Below, one piece after another: positions 1 to 9,331 of a stretch of DNA of 64,000 nt. Made by a program: the position numbers and the translations under genes. This DNA is from Candidatus Kuenenbacteria bacterium HGW-Kuenenbacteria-1 (GTDB lineage: Bacteria > Patescibacteriota > Patescibacteriia > UBA2591 > PGYQ01), in assembly GCA_002839745.1 (NCBI GenBank), contig PGYQ01000002.1:21515-85514 (forward strand), given 5' to 3'. The number at the start of each line of letters is the position of its first letter. Within the stretch, counting starts at the first letter, position 1. The notes below the pieces were generated by a model, which worked only from the letters and a program-made list of their open reading frames with translations, ran no database searches and was not told where the DNA came from.

Positions 1-3
1 CCT

Positions 4-1116
4 TTGACTATTTTAGGATGTTCTTCTGCAGGAAAATCGCCATTAAAATGGTTTAATATTTTTATAAAAGGATTAAAATTAATTTTTTTTAAAGATGAGA
101 ATTACCCTCAAATTTTAATTTTAGAAATGGGCGCTAACAAACCAAACGACATTGGATATTTAATTAAAATTGCTCCTTGTAAAATTGGAATAATAACTGA
201 TATTGGATTAACTCATCTTGAAACTTTTGGTTCTTTAGAAAATATAATAAAAGAGAAACAAAGCATTATTAAACAACTTCCTCCTAATGGTTGGGCAATT
301 TTAAATGCGGATAGTAAAATAATTAAAAAAATAAAAAAGAAAACAGAAGCTCAAATTTTAAGTTTTGGATTTTCCGAAGAAGCTGATTTAAGATCGTCTG
401 AATTAATTTTAAATTATAAATTAGAAAATAATGAAAGCCTTAACTTAAAAGATCAAATAGCTAAAATTAAAGGAATTAATTTTAAAATAAATTATCAAGG
501 CAATGTAGTGCCTGTATTTTTAATGGATGTTATTGGCGAAGTAAGTGTTTATGCCGCTTTATCAGCAACAGCAGTAGGAATAATTTATAAAATGAATTTA
601 ATAGAAATTTCTGAGGCTTTAAGAGAATATAAATCACCACCCGGCCGAATGAATTTAATTAAAGGAATAAAAGAAACTTTATTAATTGATGGAACTTATA
701 ATGCCTCGCCTAAAACAATTGAAATAAGTTTAGAAATTTTGTCTCGACTTCCTTGTGTTGGGCAAAAATGGGCAATATTGGGCAATATGTTAGAATTGGG
801 AAAATTTAGTAAAGAAGAACATAAAAAAATTGGTAAAAAAATTATTGATAATAAAATTGATATTTTAATCACTTTGGGAGAACAAGCGCGAGAAATTGCA
901 ATTAGCGCTAAAGAAAATGGAATGTCAAATGATAAAATATTTTCTTTTGATTTTCCTGATGAAGCGGGAAAATTTATTCAAAATAGAATGGAGCAAGGAG
1001 ATATTCTTTTAATCAAAGGTTCACAAGGAATGAGAATGGAAAAAATAGTTAAAGAAATAATGGCCGAACCTTTACGCGCTAAAGAATTATTAGTAAGACA
1101 AGATTGGAATAATTAA
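4..1116 (+). CDS. murF: Mur ligase, UDP-MurNAc-tripeptide--D-Ala-D-Ala ligase (MurF-like); 5' end lies outside the window
   Basis: ORF has no start codon at the window edge. Mur ligase middle and C-terminal domains are present, with the C-terminal DGTYNASP motif. Confidence 0.6.
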   Translation: MTILGCSSAGKSPLKWFNIFIKGLKLIFFKDENYPQILILEMGANKPNDIGYLIKIAPCKIGIITDIGLTHLETFGSLENIIKEKQSIIKQLPPNGWAILNADSKIIKKIKKKTEAQILSFGFSEEADLRSSELILNYKLENNESLNLKDQIAKIKGINFKINYQGNVVPVFLMDVIGEVSVYAALSATAVGIIYKMNLIEISEALREYKSPPGRMNLIKGIKETLLIDGTYNASPKTIEISLEILSRLPCVGQKWAILGNMLELGKFSKEEHKKIGKKIIDNKIDILITLGEQAREIAISAKENGMSNDKIFSFDFPDEAGKFIQNRMEQGDILLIKGSQGMRMEKIVKEIMAEPLRAKELLVRQDWNN

Positions 1117-1310
1117 TTTTTTAAATTAAATTTGACATATTTTTTATATATGTTATATTGTGGATAACCGTAGATAATAGGTATCTTTTTAAAAAAAGAG
1201 AATAAAACCTATCGAGGCCAAAAATACAAAATTTAAAACGCAAAATAAAAGGCGGAAAATAAATTTTATATTTAATATCTACAAATGTAGATTTTTTTAT
1301 TTTCTAAAAA

Positions 1311-1844
1311 TTGTTTTATATGGCTAAAACTAAAGAACAAAAACAAGAAACAATTAAACAATTATCTGACAAACTTTCTCAAATGAAATCAATGGTTTTT
1401 ATAAATTATTATGGTTTAAAAGTTATTGAGCTTCAAAAATTAAGAAAACTTTGCAAAGAACAAAAAATTGATTTTTTGGTTACTAAAAAAAAGTTATTTA
1501 AATTGTGTTTAGAAAAAAATAACTTAAACAATATTGCTTCTAAAAAATTAGAAAAAGAATTGGGAATAATTTTTAGTTATGAAGATGAAATTGCACCAGC
1601 TAAAATTTTAAAAGATTTTCAAAAAGAACATAAAATTTTAAAAATAAGTGGTGGAATTTTAGAAAGAAATTTTATTGAACCAAATGAGATATTAAAATTA
1701 GCTCAATTACCATCTAAACAAGAATTAATAGCTATGGTAGTAAAAGGAATAAATGCGCCAATTTCTGGGTTTGTTAATGTTTTGGCTGGTAATTTACGAA
1801 ATTTTGTTTGTGTATTGCAAGCAATTAAAGAAAAAAATATTTAA
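1311..1844 (+). CDS. rplJ: 50S ribosomal protein L10
   Basis: 177 aa with L10-like N-terminus (MAKTKEQKQETIKQL); immediately upstream of L7/L12. Confidence 0.8.
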   Translation: MFYMAKTKEQKQETIKQLSDKLSQMKSMVFINYYGLKVIELQKLRKLCKEQKIDFLVTKKKLFKLCLEKNNLNNIASKKLEKELGIIFSYEDEIAPAKILKDFQKEHKILKISGGILERNFIEPNEILKLAQLPSKQELIAMVVKGINAPISGFVNVLAGNLRNFVCVLQAIKEKNI

Positions 1845-1901
1845 TTTTATTTATTAATAAATCCATAACATTTAAGCGTATGGATTATAAGGATTAATTT
1901 T

Positions 1902-2309
1902 ATGGAAGAAGAAATGCAAGTTGAAATTCCAGCTAAATTTAAAGATTTAGTGGAACAAATAGAAAAATTATCCGTTTTAGATTTAGCGGAATTGGTTAAA
2001 GTTTTAGAGAAAAAATTTGGAGTTTCTGCTACAGCAGCTCCAATAGTTATGGCAGCAATAGCCACAGGAGCGACTGAAGGAGAAAAAGCTGAAGAAAAAA
2101 CCAGTTTTAATATAGAATTAACAGCATCTGGAGATAATAAAATAGGAGTAATTAAGGTAATTAGAGAAATAACACAATTAGGATTAAAAGAATGTAAAGA
2201 TTTAGTAGATGCAGCTCCTAAAATGATAAAAGAAGGAGTATCTAAAGAAGAGGCCGAACAAATAAAGAAAAAAATAGAAGAAGCTGGTGGCAAAGCAGAA
2301 TTAAAATAA
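1902..2309 (+). CDS. rplL: 50S ribosomal protein L7/L12
   Basis: 135 aa. Ala-rich flexible hinge ([21 protein letters not shown]) and conserved C-terminal domain ([24 protein letters not shown]). Confidence 0.9.
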   Translation: MEEEMQVEIPAKFKDLVEQIEKLSVLDLAELVKVLEKKFGVSATAAPIVMAAIATGATEGEKAEEKTSFNIELTASGDNKIGVIKVIREITQLGLKECKDLVDAAPKMIKEGVSKEEAEQIKKKIEEAGGKAELK

Positions 2310-2422
2310 GTAAAAGAATAAAAAAATTTAAAAAATTTGTTCCTGAGGGGAAGGGGGCAAATTTTAAATGGGATGAAAAATTCCCCATTCCGATTATTTC
2401 GGAAATTCTCGTCCGAGTAAAG

Positions 2423-2905
2423 ATGAGAATTTTTTGGAATGAAATCGGAACGCGATTTCCAGGCGGAACCGTCTGGCCCCAAGCATGCTCGGGATTTTTA
2501 GAATTTTACCGAGCATTAAATAATCCCTTGGAATTTGGGATTATTTCTTCAGGACACGATTTATTTATTGAAAAGTGTTTTGAAGTATGGGGTATTGAAA
2601 TTCCAAAAATTGTGGTCACTGACGACTTGATGCGAAGTCGTCGATGCGACAATTTTTCCCAGGCGGAAAGAGTAAAGCCTGGGGTTGGTCCATTTAAAAT
2701 TTTTTGCGAAGAATATAAAAAACTTTATGCAAAAAATTTAAATAAGGACCAAGTGCTGTATATTGGGGACAGCGCAAAAATGGATGATGATTTTGCAAGA
2801 AATTGTAAAATCTCATTTATTTTGTTCAACCCCAATGAATCAGATTTTAAGGGAAAATCAATTTCTGATTGGCGAGAATTAAAGGAGGTGATTTTAAAAA
2901 AATAA
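2423..2905 (+). pseudogene. HAD-superfamily hydrolase fragment: motifs II-IV present, motif I (DxD) absent. Region is GC-rich relative to the host.
   Basis: IISSG (motif II) and YIGDSAKMDDD (motif IV) are present. The frame stays open upstream to 2306 with no start codon and no DxDGT motif. Local GC is clearly higher than the surroundings. Confidence 0.4.
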
Positions 2906-2906
2906 A

Positions 2907-2940
2907 ACCCGTAATCAATTTATTTGATTACGGGTTTTAA
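2907..2940 (+). terminator. rho-independent terminator hairpin
   Basis: Hairpin AAAACCCGTAATCAA-TTTATT-TGATTACGGGTTTT directly after the HAD ORF. Confidence 0.6.
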
Positions 2941-2980
2941 ATTAATTTGTCAAATTTAAATTTTTTGCTATAATAAAAAA

Positions 2981-3519
2981 ATGAATAAATCAAATAAATT
3001 AAACTGGTATGTTTTAACTGGCGGACCTTCTTCTGGTAAAACCACTTTAATTAAAGAATTAAAAAAATTGGGCTATATTGTTTTTCTAGAAGCAGCCCGA
3101 GTTTTTATTGACAAAGAAATAGCCAAGGGTAAAATATTAAAAGAAATCAGAAACAATGAGACTGAATTTCAAAAAAAAATTTTAAAAATAAAAATAAAAA
3201 CAGAAAAAATAGCTCCAAAAAATAAAATAGTTTTTTTTGATAGAGCAATTCCCGATAGCATTGCTTATTATCAAACCTGTGGATTAAATCCAAAAGAAGT
3301 TTTAAAATTTTATAAAAAAAAATTTACAGAAAGATATTTTTTTTAGAACAACTTCCATTTGAAAATGATTATGCCCGAATTGAAGATAGCAAAACTATTA
3401 AAAAATTAAATAACCTTTTAAAAAAAAGTTATAAAGATTTAGGATATGAAATTATAAATATCCCTATAATGTCTATAGAAAAAAGAGTTCAAAAAATTTT
3501 AAGTGAGATAAAAAATTAA
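2981..3519 (+). CDS. P-loop NTPase (AAA_28/NadR-like ATPase-kinase family), interrupted by an apparent frameshift in a T8 run at 3337-3344
   Basis: N-terminal Walker A (GGPSSGKTT). The ORF stops at 3346. The +2 frame continues (QLPFENDYARIEDSKTIKKL...SEIKN*) to 3519. Confidence 0.5.
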
Positions 3520-3524
3520 AATTT

Positions 3525-4541
3525 ATGCAAACTTATACTAAAGCAGGAGTAAATAGAAAATTAAGAGAAAAAGCAAAAAAATCTCTTAATGATTTTGAAG
3601 AAACTTTTAATTTAAGCAACCATGGCAAAATAATAAAAACTCCTTTTAATGTTCTTTATCCGATTAATAAAAATCTTTATCAAGTAAAAACCTGTGATGG
3701 CGTTGGAACAAAAGTTCTTTTGGCTGAATTGGCTCAAAAACACGATACTATTGGAATTGATGCTGTGGCAATGGTAGTTAATGATTGTATTCGTTGTGGT
3801 GCAAAACCAATTGCTATCACTGATATTATTGATATTAAAAAATCAGAACCAAAATTATTAAAGGAAATTGAAAAAGGATTAATTCAAGGGATAAAAGAAG
3901 CAGATTGCCCTTTAGTAGGAGGTGAAACAGCTGATGTGCCTGAACTTTTAAACACAACTTATCATATTAATTGCGATTGCGTTGGAGAAATAAAAAAGAA
4001 AAATATAATTACTGGCGAAAAAATAAAAGAAAACGACGTGATTATTGGCTTCCCTAGTTCAGGAATTCATTCTAATGGTTTAACTTTAGTTAGAAAAGTT
4101 CTTTTTAAAAAATGGGGCGGAAAATTTAATTTTTTTGAAAAGCCAGCTGAATTAAATAAATCATTAATTTATGAATGTTTAGAGCCAACAAAAATTTATG
4201 TTAAATTATTTTTTAAAATTGCCAAAAAATTTGAAATTTTAGGCGCGGTTCATATTACTGGCGATGCTTATTTAAAATTTAAAAAGTTAAATCTTGGTTT
4301 TGAATTTTTTAATTTTAAACCTCAACCAATTTTTAATTTAATTCAAAAAACAGGAAAAATTAATAATAAGGAAATGTTTCAAACTTTTAATATGGGTTGG
4401 GGATTTGCTATTATTGTTAAAGAAAAAGATGCGAACAATATTTTACATTTATACCAAAAAGAGAAAGTGGAAGTAATTGGCAAAGTAATTAATAAAAATA
4501 AAATTATTATTAATTATCAAAAAAAGATTTTTATTATTTAA
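3525..4541 (+). CDS. purM: phosphoribosylformylglycinamidine cyclo-ligase (AIR synthetase)
   Basis: PurM motifs including DGVGTK, in a purine gene cluster. Confidence 0.85.
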   Translation: MQTYTKAGVNRKLREKAKKSLNDFEETFNLSNHGKIIKTPFNVLYPINKNLYQVKTCDGVGTKVLLAELAQKHDTIGIDAVAMVVNDCIRCGAKPIAITDIIDIKKSEPKLLKEIEKGLIQGIKEADCPLVGGETADVPELLNTTYHINCDCVGEIKKKNIITGEKIKENDVIIGFPSSGIHSNGLTLVRKVLFKKWGGKFNFFEKPAELNKSLIYECLEPTKIYVKLFFKIAKKFEILGAVHITGDAYLKFKKLNLGFEFFNFKPQPIFNLIQKTGKINNKEMFQTFNMGWGFAIIVKEKDANNILHLYQKEKVEVIGKVINKNKIIINYQKKIFII

Positions 4542-4546
4542 AATAT

Positions 4547-5989
4547 ATGCCTGATTTAAATTTAATTATGCCGGGCAATCCTCGTTATCAACCTAAAGAA
4601 ATGGCGTCTGTTTTTGGGTATGATAATTTATATAAAAAAATTGCTGAAGTAGAATTAGCAACTTTGGATACACTTTATGATTTAGGAATTATTCCAAAAA
4701 CAGATTGGAAAAAATTAAATAAAAAAACAAGACAAGAAATTCTTTCAATTAGAACAACAGCTGTGGATAAAGTTGAACAAGAAATAACGCATCATGATAT
4801 CAGAGCATTTGTAAGATGCGCTCAGGAAATTTTAGATAAAAAAATCGCTCGCTGGGTGCACATTCCTTTAACAAGTTATGATGTAATTGATACTGCTAGA
4901 ATTTTACAATTTAAAGAAGCTTATCAAGTAGCTCTTAAGCCTGCTTTAATCAGCATCACACAAATTTTTATTAAATTAATTAAAAATAATTCTCAACAAA
5001 TTCAAATTGGAAGAACTCATGGTCAACATGCTTTACCAATCACTGTTGGTTTTTGGTTAGCAACTATTTTAAATCGCATTATTAATAATTGGGAAAAAAT
5101 GGATTATTTTTATAATAATTTATCTGGAAAAATTTCTGGAGCAGTTGGCGCGCATAACGGGCAAATTGGTTTAAAATTATCAAACTTAAAAAATAATGAA
5201 ACTTTTGAAGAAAAAGTACTTAAAAAATTAGATTTAAAACCAGCTCAAATTAGCACACAAATTTTACCACCCGAGCCTTTAGCATATTTTCTTTTTTCAA
5301 TAATAAATATGTCAGCAACTTTTGGACAATTTGGACGAGACTCAAGACAATTAATGAGAAGTGAAATAGCTGAAATAACAGAATCATTTGAAGCAGGTCA
5401 AGTTGGATCTTCAACAATGGCTCATAAAAGAAATCCAATTAATTTTGAAAATTTGGAAGGTATGTGGCTTCGAACAAAAAATGAATTTGGAAAAGTTTTA
5501 GATACTTTAATTAGCGAACATCAAAGAGATTTAGTTGGAAGTTCTGTAGCCAGAGATTATCCAATTATTCTTATAAATCTTCAACAACAATTAAATACTT
5601 TGCTTAAAAAAAATAAAAATAACGTGGCGTTTTTAGAAAGATTGTCTATAAATAAAAAAGCTTGCGAGATTAATTTTAAAAAAAATGCTAATATAATTTT
5701 AGCTGAACCAATGTATATTGCTTTACAAATGGCAGGCTATAAAGAAGACGCTCACGAATTAGTTAATAGAAAATTAGTTCCAATTTCTCAAGAAAAAAAT
5801 ATTTCTCTAATTGAAGCATTGGAAAAATTAATGATAAATGATAAAATATTAAAAAATGTTGTTAAAAATATTCCTATTGAAGTTTGGGAATTATTAAAAT
5901 CACCTGAAAAATATATTGGCGATGCCAAAGAAAAATCATTAGAAGTTGTAAAATATGCAAAAAGTTTTTTAGATAAAATAGAGAAATAA
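4547..5989 (+). CDS. purB: adenylosuccinate lyase
   Basis: Fumarate-lyase signature GSSTMAHKRNP; 480 aa. Confidence 0.85.
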   Translation: MPDLNLIMPGNPRYQPKEMASVFGYDNLYKKIAEVELATLDTLYDLGIIPKTDWKKLNKKTRQEILSIRTTAVDKVEQEITHHDIRAFVRCAQEILDKKIARWVHIPLTSYDVIDTARILQFKEAYQVALKPALISITQIFIKLIKNNSQQIQIGRTHGQHALPITVGFWLATILNRIINNWEKMDYFYNNLSGKISGAVGAHNGQIGLKLSNLKNNETFEEKVLKKLDLKPAQISTQILPPEPLAYFLFSIINMSATFGQFGRDSRQLMRSEIAEITESFEAGQVGSSTMAHKRNPINFENLEGMWLRTKNEFGKVLDTLISEHQRDLVGSSVARDYPIILINLQQQLNTLLKKNKNNVAFLERLSINKKACEINFKKNANIILAEPMYIALQMAGYKEDAHELVNRKLVPISQEKNISLIEALEKLMINDKILKNVVKNIPIEVWELLKSPEKYIGDAKEKSLEVVKYAKSFLDKIEK

Positions 5990-6035
5990 AAGAAATAAGA
6001 ATAAAAAAATAATTTATTTTTTAATTTAAAAAAAT

Positions 6036-7362
6036 ATGACTTACGAAAAAGGGCAAAAAATTATTGAAGGTAAAACTAAAATTATTTGGGAAATTAAAAA
6101 TGATTCTAAAAATGTGCTTATTGAAAACAAAAATGATATTACTGCTTTTGATGATCCATCTTTTACTAAACAATTTAAAACCAAAGCTGAAAATGCCACA
6201 ACAGTAACTTGCAAAATATTTGAATTATTAAAACAAGCAGGAATTCCTGTTGCCTACAATGAACAATGTTCTGCTAATGAATTTTCCTCACCAAAATGCG
6301 TAATGATTCCTTTGGAAGTTGTTGAAAGACGATTTGCTGTTGGAAGTTATTTAAAAAGACACCCAGAATTTATTAAAAATGATAATATTTTGCCACACAG
6401 ATTTCATAAATTGCTTATTGAATTTTTTCTAAAAACAACAAAAGGTGGTTTAATTAATTCTAAAGGAGAAAAAATATTAGAAGGATTAGATGCTTTAAAA
6501 GGAGAAGAAGATCCTTTTATTATTAATCCATTTGATGATGAATGGAAACTTTTTCATTCTAAAAAACCAAATTGGACAGAAGAAGCAGATTTTAAAAAAA
6601 TAATTAAAGCTAGTGATGCTTTTTCTGAATATTCTCAAGAAATTATAAAAAAAAATTGATGAGCTTTCAAGAAAAACTTTTTTAGTTTTAGAAGGTGCTT
6701 GGAATACTTTAGGTTTTAGATTGATTGATATGAAAATTGAATTTGGTTTAGATGTTGATGGAAATTTATTAGTATCTGATGTGATTGATAATGATAGTTG
6801 GAGACTTAGAGATGCTGATTGGAAAGAATTAAGCAAAGAAGCTTTTAGACAAGGCGAAACATTAGATGAAGTTGAAAAAAATTATAGTTATGTCGCAACT
6901 TTAACACAAAATTTTAGAATTCCTAAACAAGTTTTAGTTTTATGGCGCGGATCAGACAGTGATACTTTTCCAGAATTATCTATTTTAAAAAATATTGCTG
7001 GTTTAAATATTGAAGAAATAACTTTATCAGGACATAAATCTACACAAATGTGTCTTAATAAATTAAATGAAATTATTGGAAAATTTCCTGATGCAGGTGT
7101 AATTTTAGCTAAAGTTGGTAGAAGTAATGGGCTTGGTCCAATTATCGCATCACGAACTTCTTGGCCAGTAATTACTATTCCTGCAACATTAGAAACATTT
7201 CAAGAAGATATTTGGAGTAGTATTAGAATGCCATCAAATGTTCCTTTAGCTACTGTTTGGCCAGAATCAAACGGAATACTATTAGCATCAGAAATCTTAG
7301 CGCAAAAAAATCCAATAATTTATCAAAAAAGACAATTAACAATTGAAGAACAAGATGAATAA
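6036..7362 (+). CDS. purC-purE: bifunctional SAICAR synthetase (PurC) / AIR carboxylase (PurE) fusion, PAICS-like. Frame changes at the A9 run 6647-6655.
   Basis: 6036-6659 encodes the PurC N-terminal part. Frame +1 opens at 6649 (KKIDELSRKTFLVLEGAWNTLGFRLIDMKIEFG) and continues as the PurC C-terminus. It is followed in the same ORF by a PurE domain (VLVLWRGSDSD ... ILAKVGRSNGLGPIIASRTSWPVITIP). Confidence 0.7.
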
Positions 7363-7394
7363 AAATTTATATTTAAAAGATAAAATTTAAAATA

Positions 7395-9329
7395 ATGAAA
7401 AATATATTTGAACAACTTATAGATTTATTAAAAAAAGACGAGCGACTTGTTTCGCAAGACGGTATTCTTTTGAAAAATCAAACACAGGAATTGGCGCGCA
7501 AGAATGATCCGACGCTCTTAAAACTTTTGCTTTCCGATAAAACGATAAAACAACACTTCTTTTTTGAAATAGAAAAAACGCTGATTTTTGATAAAGAAAA
7601 ATTTATCCGTTTTGTTTCCAACAAACAATTTTTGCCGGATTCTTATACCGCTTTCAAAAACAAAATCGGTTTAACTGCTAACGATGAATATGTGAGTGAA
7701 AACAAAGAAGTGGTTTTGGCGTGGCCTTATAAAGATTGTGTTTTGGAAGGCGGAATGACTAAAGAAGACCAAAAGCGCGACGAGATTTTTTATAACGAAA
7801 CACTTGCGCCGGACGACATTAATCGCTTATTGGATGCCAAAGTTTTTACCAATTTCAAACGAATAGATAAAAAAGGCGAACACAAACTGAACGGCTTCAA
7901 TCGCGATGAAAAAGGCACAATTAAAGACAATTTAATTATCAAAGGCAATAACCTGCTCGCCCTTGCCTCGCTCAAAAAAGAATTCGCCGGAAAAGTGAAA
8001 CTTATTTACATTGATCCGCCATACAATACCGGCAATGATGGATTTAAATACAATGATTCATTCAATCATTCCTCGTGGCTTGTTTTTATAAAGAATAGAT
8101 TAGAGATAGCAAAAATATTGTTATCTAATGATGGTGTTATTTTTATACATTGCGATAATAACGAGCAGGCATACCTAAAAGTAATGATGGATGAAATTTT
8201 TGATAGGGATAATTTTATTGACATAATAACGGTTGTTAATAATCCAAGGGGACGAGATTATGGTGGCATTGCTAAAATGCACGAATTTATAAATGTATAT
8301 GCAAAATCATCTGATTATAAATTATATAGATTAGAAGAGCCAAATAAAGAATTTCCTTTTGCTGATAATATTAGCGGTTTTGAAATAAGGGAATTAAGAA
8401 ATAGAAATGTTAAATTTAACGATACAAATCGTCCAAACCTAGTTTATCCATTTTTTGTTAATTCTAAAAAAGAAGATAAAAATGGGTTTTTTGATATTGG
8501 TTTAGAACAAAAGACTGGGTGGGTAAAGGTTATGCCGGCTAAATCACAAGGTATTCAAACTGTTTGGCGGTGGGGCAGAGAAAAGTCAGCAAAAGAATTA
8601 AATATAAATATTTGTGGTAAACAAATGCAAAATGGTGGTTGGCAAATTGTTGAAAAATATCGCGAAAAAACAACAATGGCGAGGTCTGTTTGGTGGGATA
8701 AAAATGTAAATTCTGAAAGAGGAACGCTACATCTCAAAGAAATGTTTGGGAGTAAGTTATTTGATTATCCAAAACCAGAGGAAACACTACACAGAATTAT
8801 TGAGATGGCGACAAGACAGAATGATCTTGTTTTAGATTTTTTTGCTGGCTCGGGTACGACTTTAGCGGTGGCACACAAAACCGGACGACAATATATTGGT
8901 ATTGAGCAAATGGATTATATCCACGATTTGCCGGAAACGCGGCTCAAGAAAGTGATTGCCGGCGAGCAGGGTGGAATTTCCGAAGCCATCGGCTGGAAAG
9001 GCGGCGGGGATTTTGGCTATATGGAACTTGCTAAATGGAACGAAAAATGGATAGAAAAAATTGAAAAAGCAAAAACAGGCGAAGAGCTTTCCAAACTTTG
9101 GGGTGAGATGAAAGAAACCGCCTTTTTGAGCTACAAGGTAGATCCGAAAACGATTGACGCAAACGCCAAAGATTTTGCGGATTTGAGTGCCGCTGATCAA
9201 AAGAAGTTTTTAATTGAGTGCTTAGATAAAAACCAGCTCTATATCAATTTAAGCGAAATTGAGGATAAAGAGTACGAAGTGAGCAAGGAAGATAAAGCAC
9301 TCAATAAAAACTTCTATAACGGCAAATAA
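7395..9329 (+). CDS. mod: Type III restriction-modification DNA methyltransferase (Mod), beta-class N6-adenine methylase
   Basis: DPPY motif IV (IYIDPPYNTGNDG) precedes a central variable region, followed by motif I (DFFAGSGTT). Sits directly upstream of res. Confidence 0.8.
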   Translation: MKNIFEQLIDLLKKDERLVSQDGILLKNQTQELARKNDPTLLKLLLSDKTIKQHFFFEIEKTLIFDKEKFIRFVSNKQFLPDSYTAFKNKIGLTANDEYVSENKEVVLAWPYKDCVLEGGMTKEDQKRDEIFYNETLAPDDINRLLDAKVFTNFKRIDKKGEHKLNGFNRDEKGTIKDNLIIKGNNLLALASLKKEFAGKVKLIYIDPPYNTGNDGFKYNDSFNHSSWLVFIKNRLEIAKILLSNDGVIFIHCDNNEQAYLKVMMDEIFDRDNFIDIITVVNNPRGRDYGGIAKMHEFINVYAKSSDYKLYRLEEPNKEFPFADNISGFEIRELRNRNVKFNDTNRPNLVYPFFVNSKKEDKNGFFDIGLEQKTGWVKVMPAKSQGIQTVWRWGREKSAKELNINICGKQMQNGGWQIVEKYREKTTMARSVWWDKNVNSERGTLHLKEMFGSKLFDYPKPEETLHRIIEMATRQNDLVLDFFAGSGTTLAVAHKTGRQYIGIEQMDYIHDLPETRLKKVIAGEQGGISEAIGWKGGGDFGYMELAKWNEKWIEKIEKAKTGEELSKLWGEMKETAFLSYKVDPKTIDANAKDFADLSAADQKKFLIECLDKNQLYINLSEIEDKEYEVSKEDKALNKNFYNGK

Positions 9330-9331
9330 TT

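Noticed and set aside
5250-5438. Antisense ORFs inside purB, mod, res, purL, secD, ftsA and others (all under 140 aa)
   Set aside because: They are fully embedded opposite well-supported genes and carry no domain motifs
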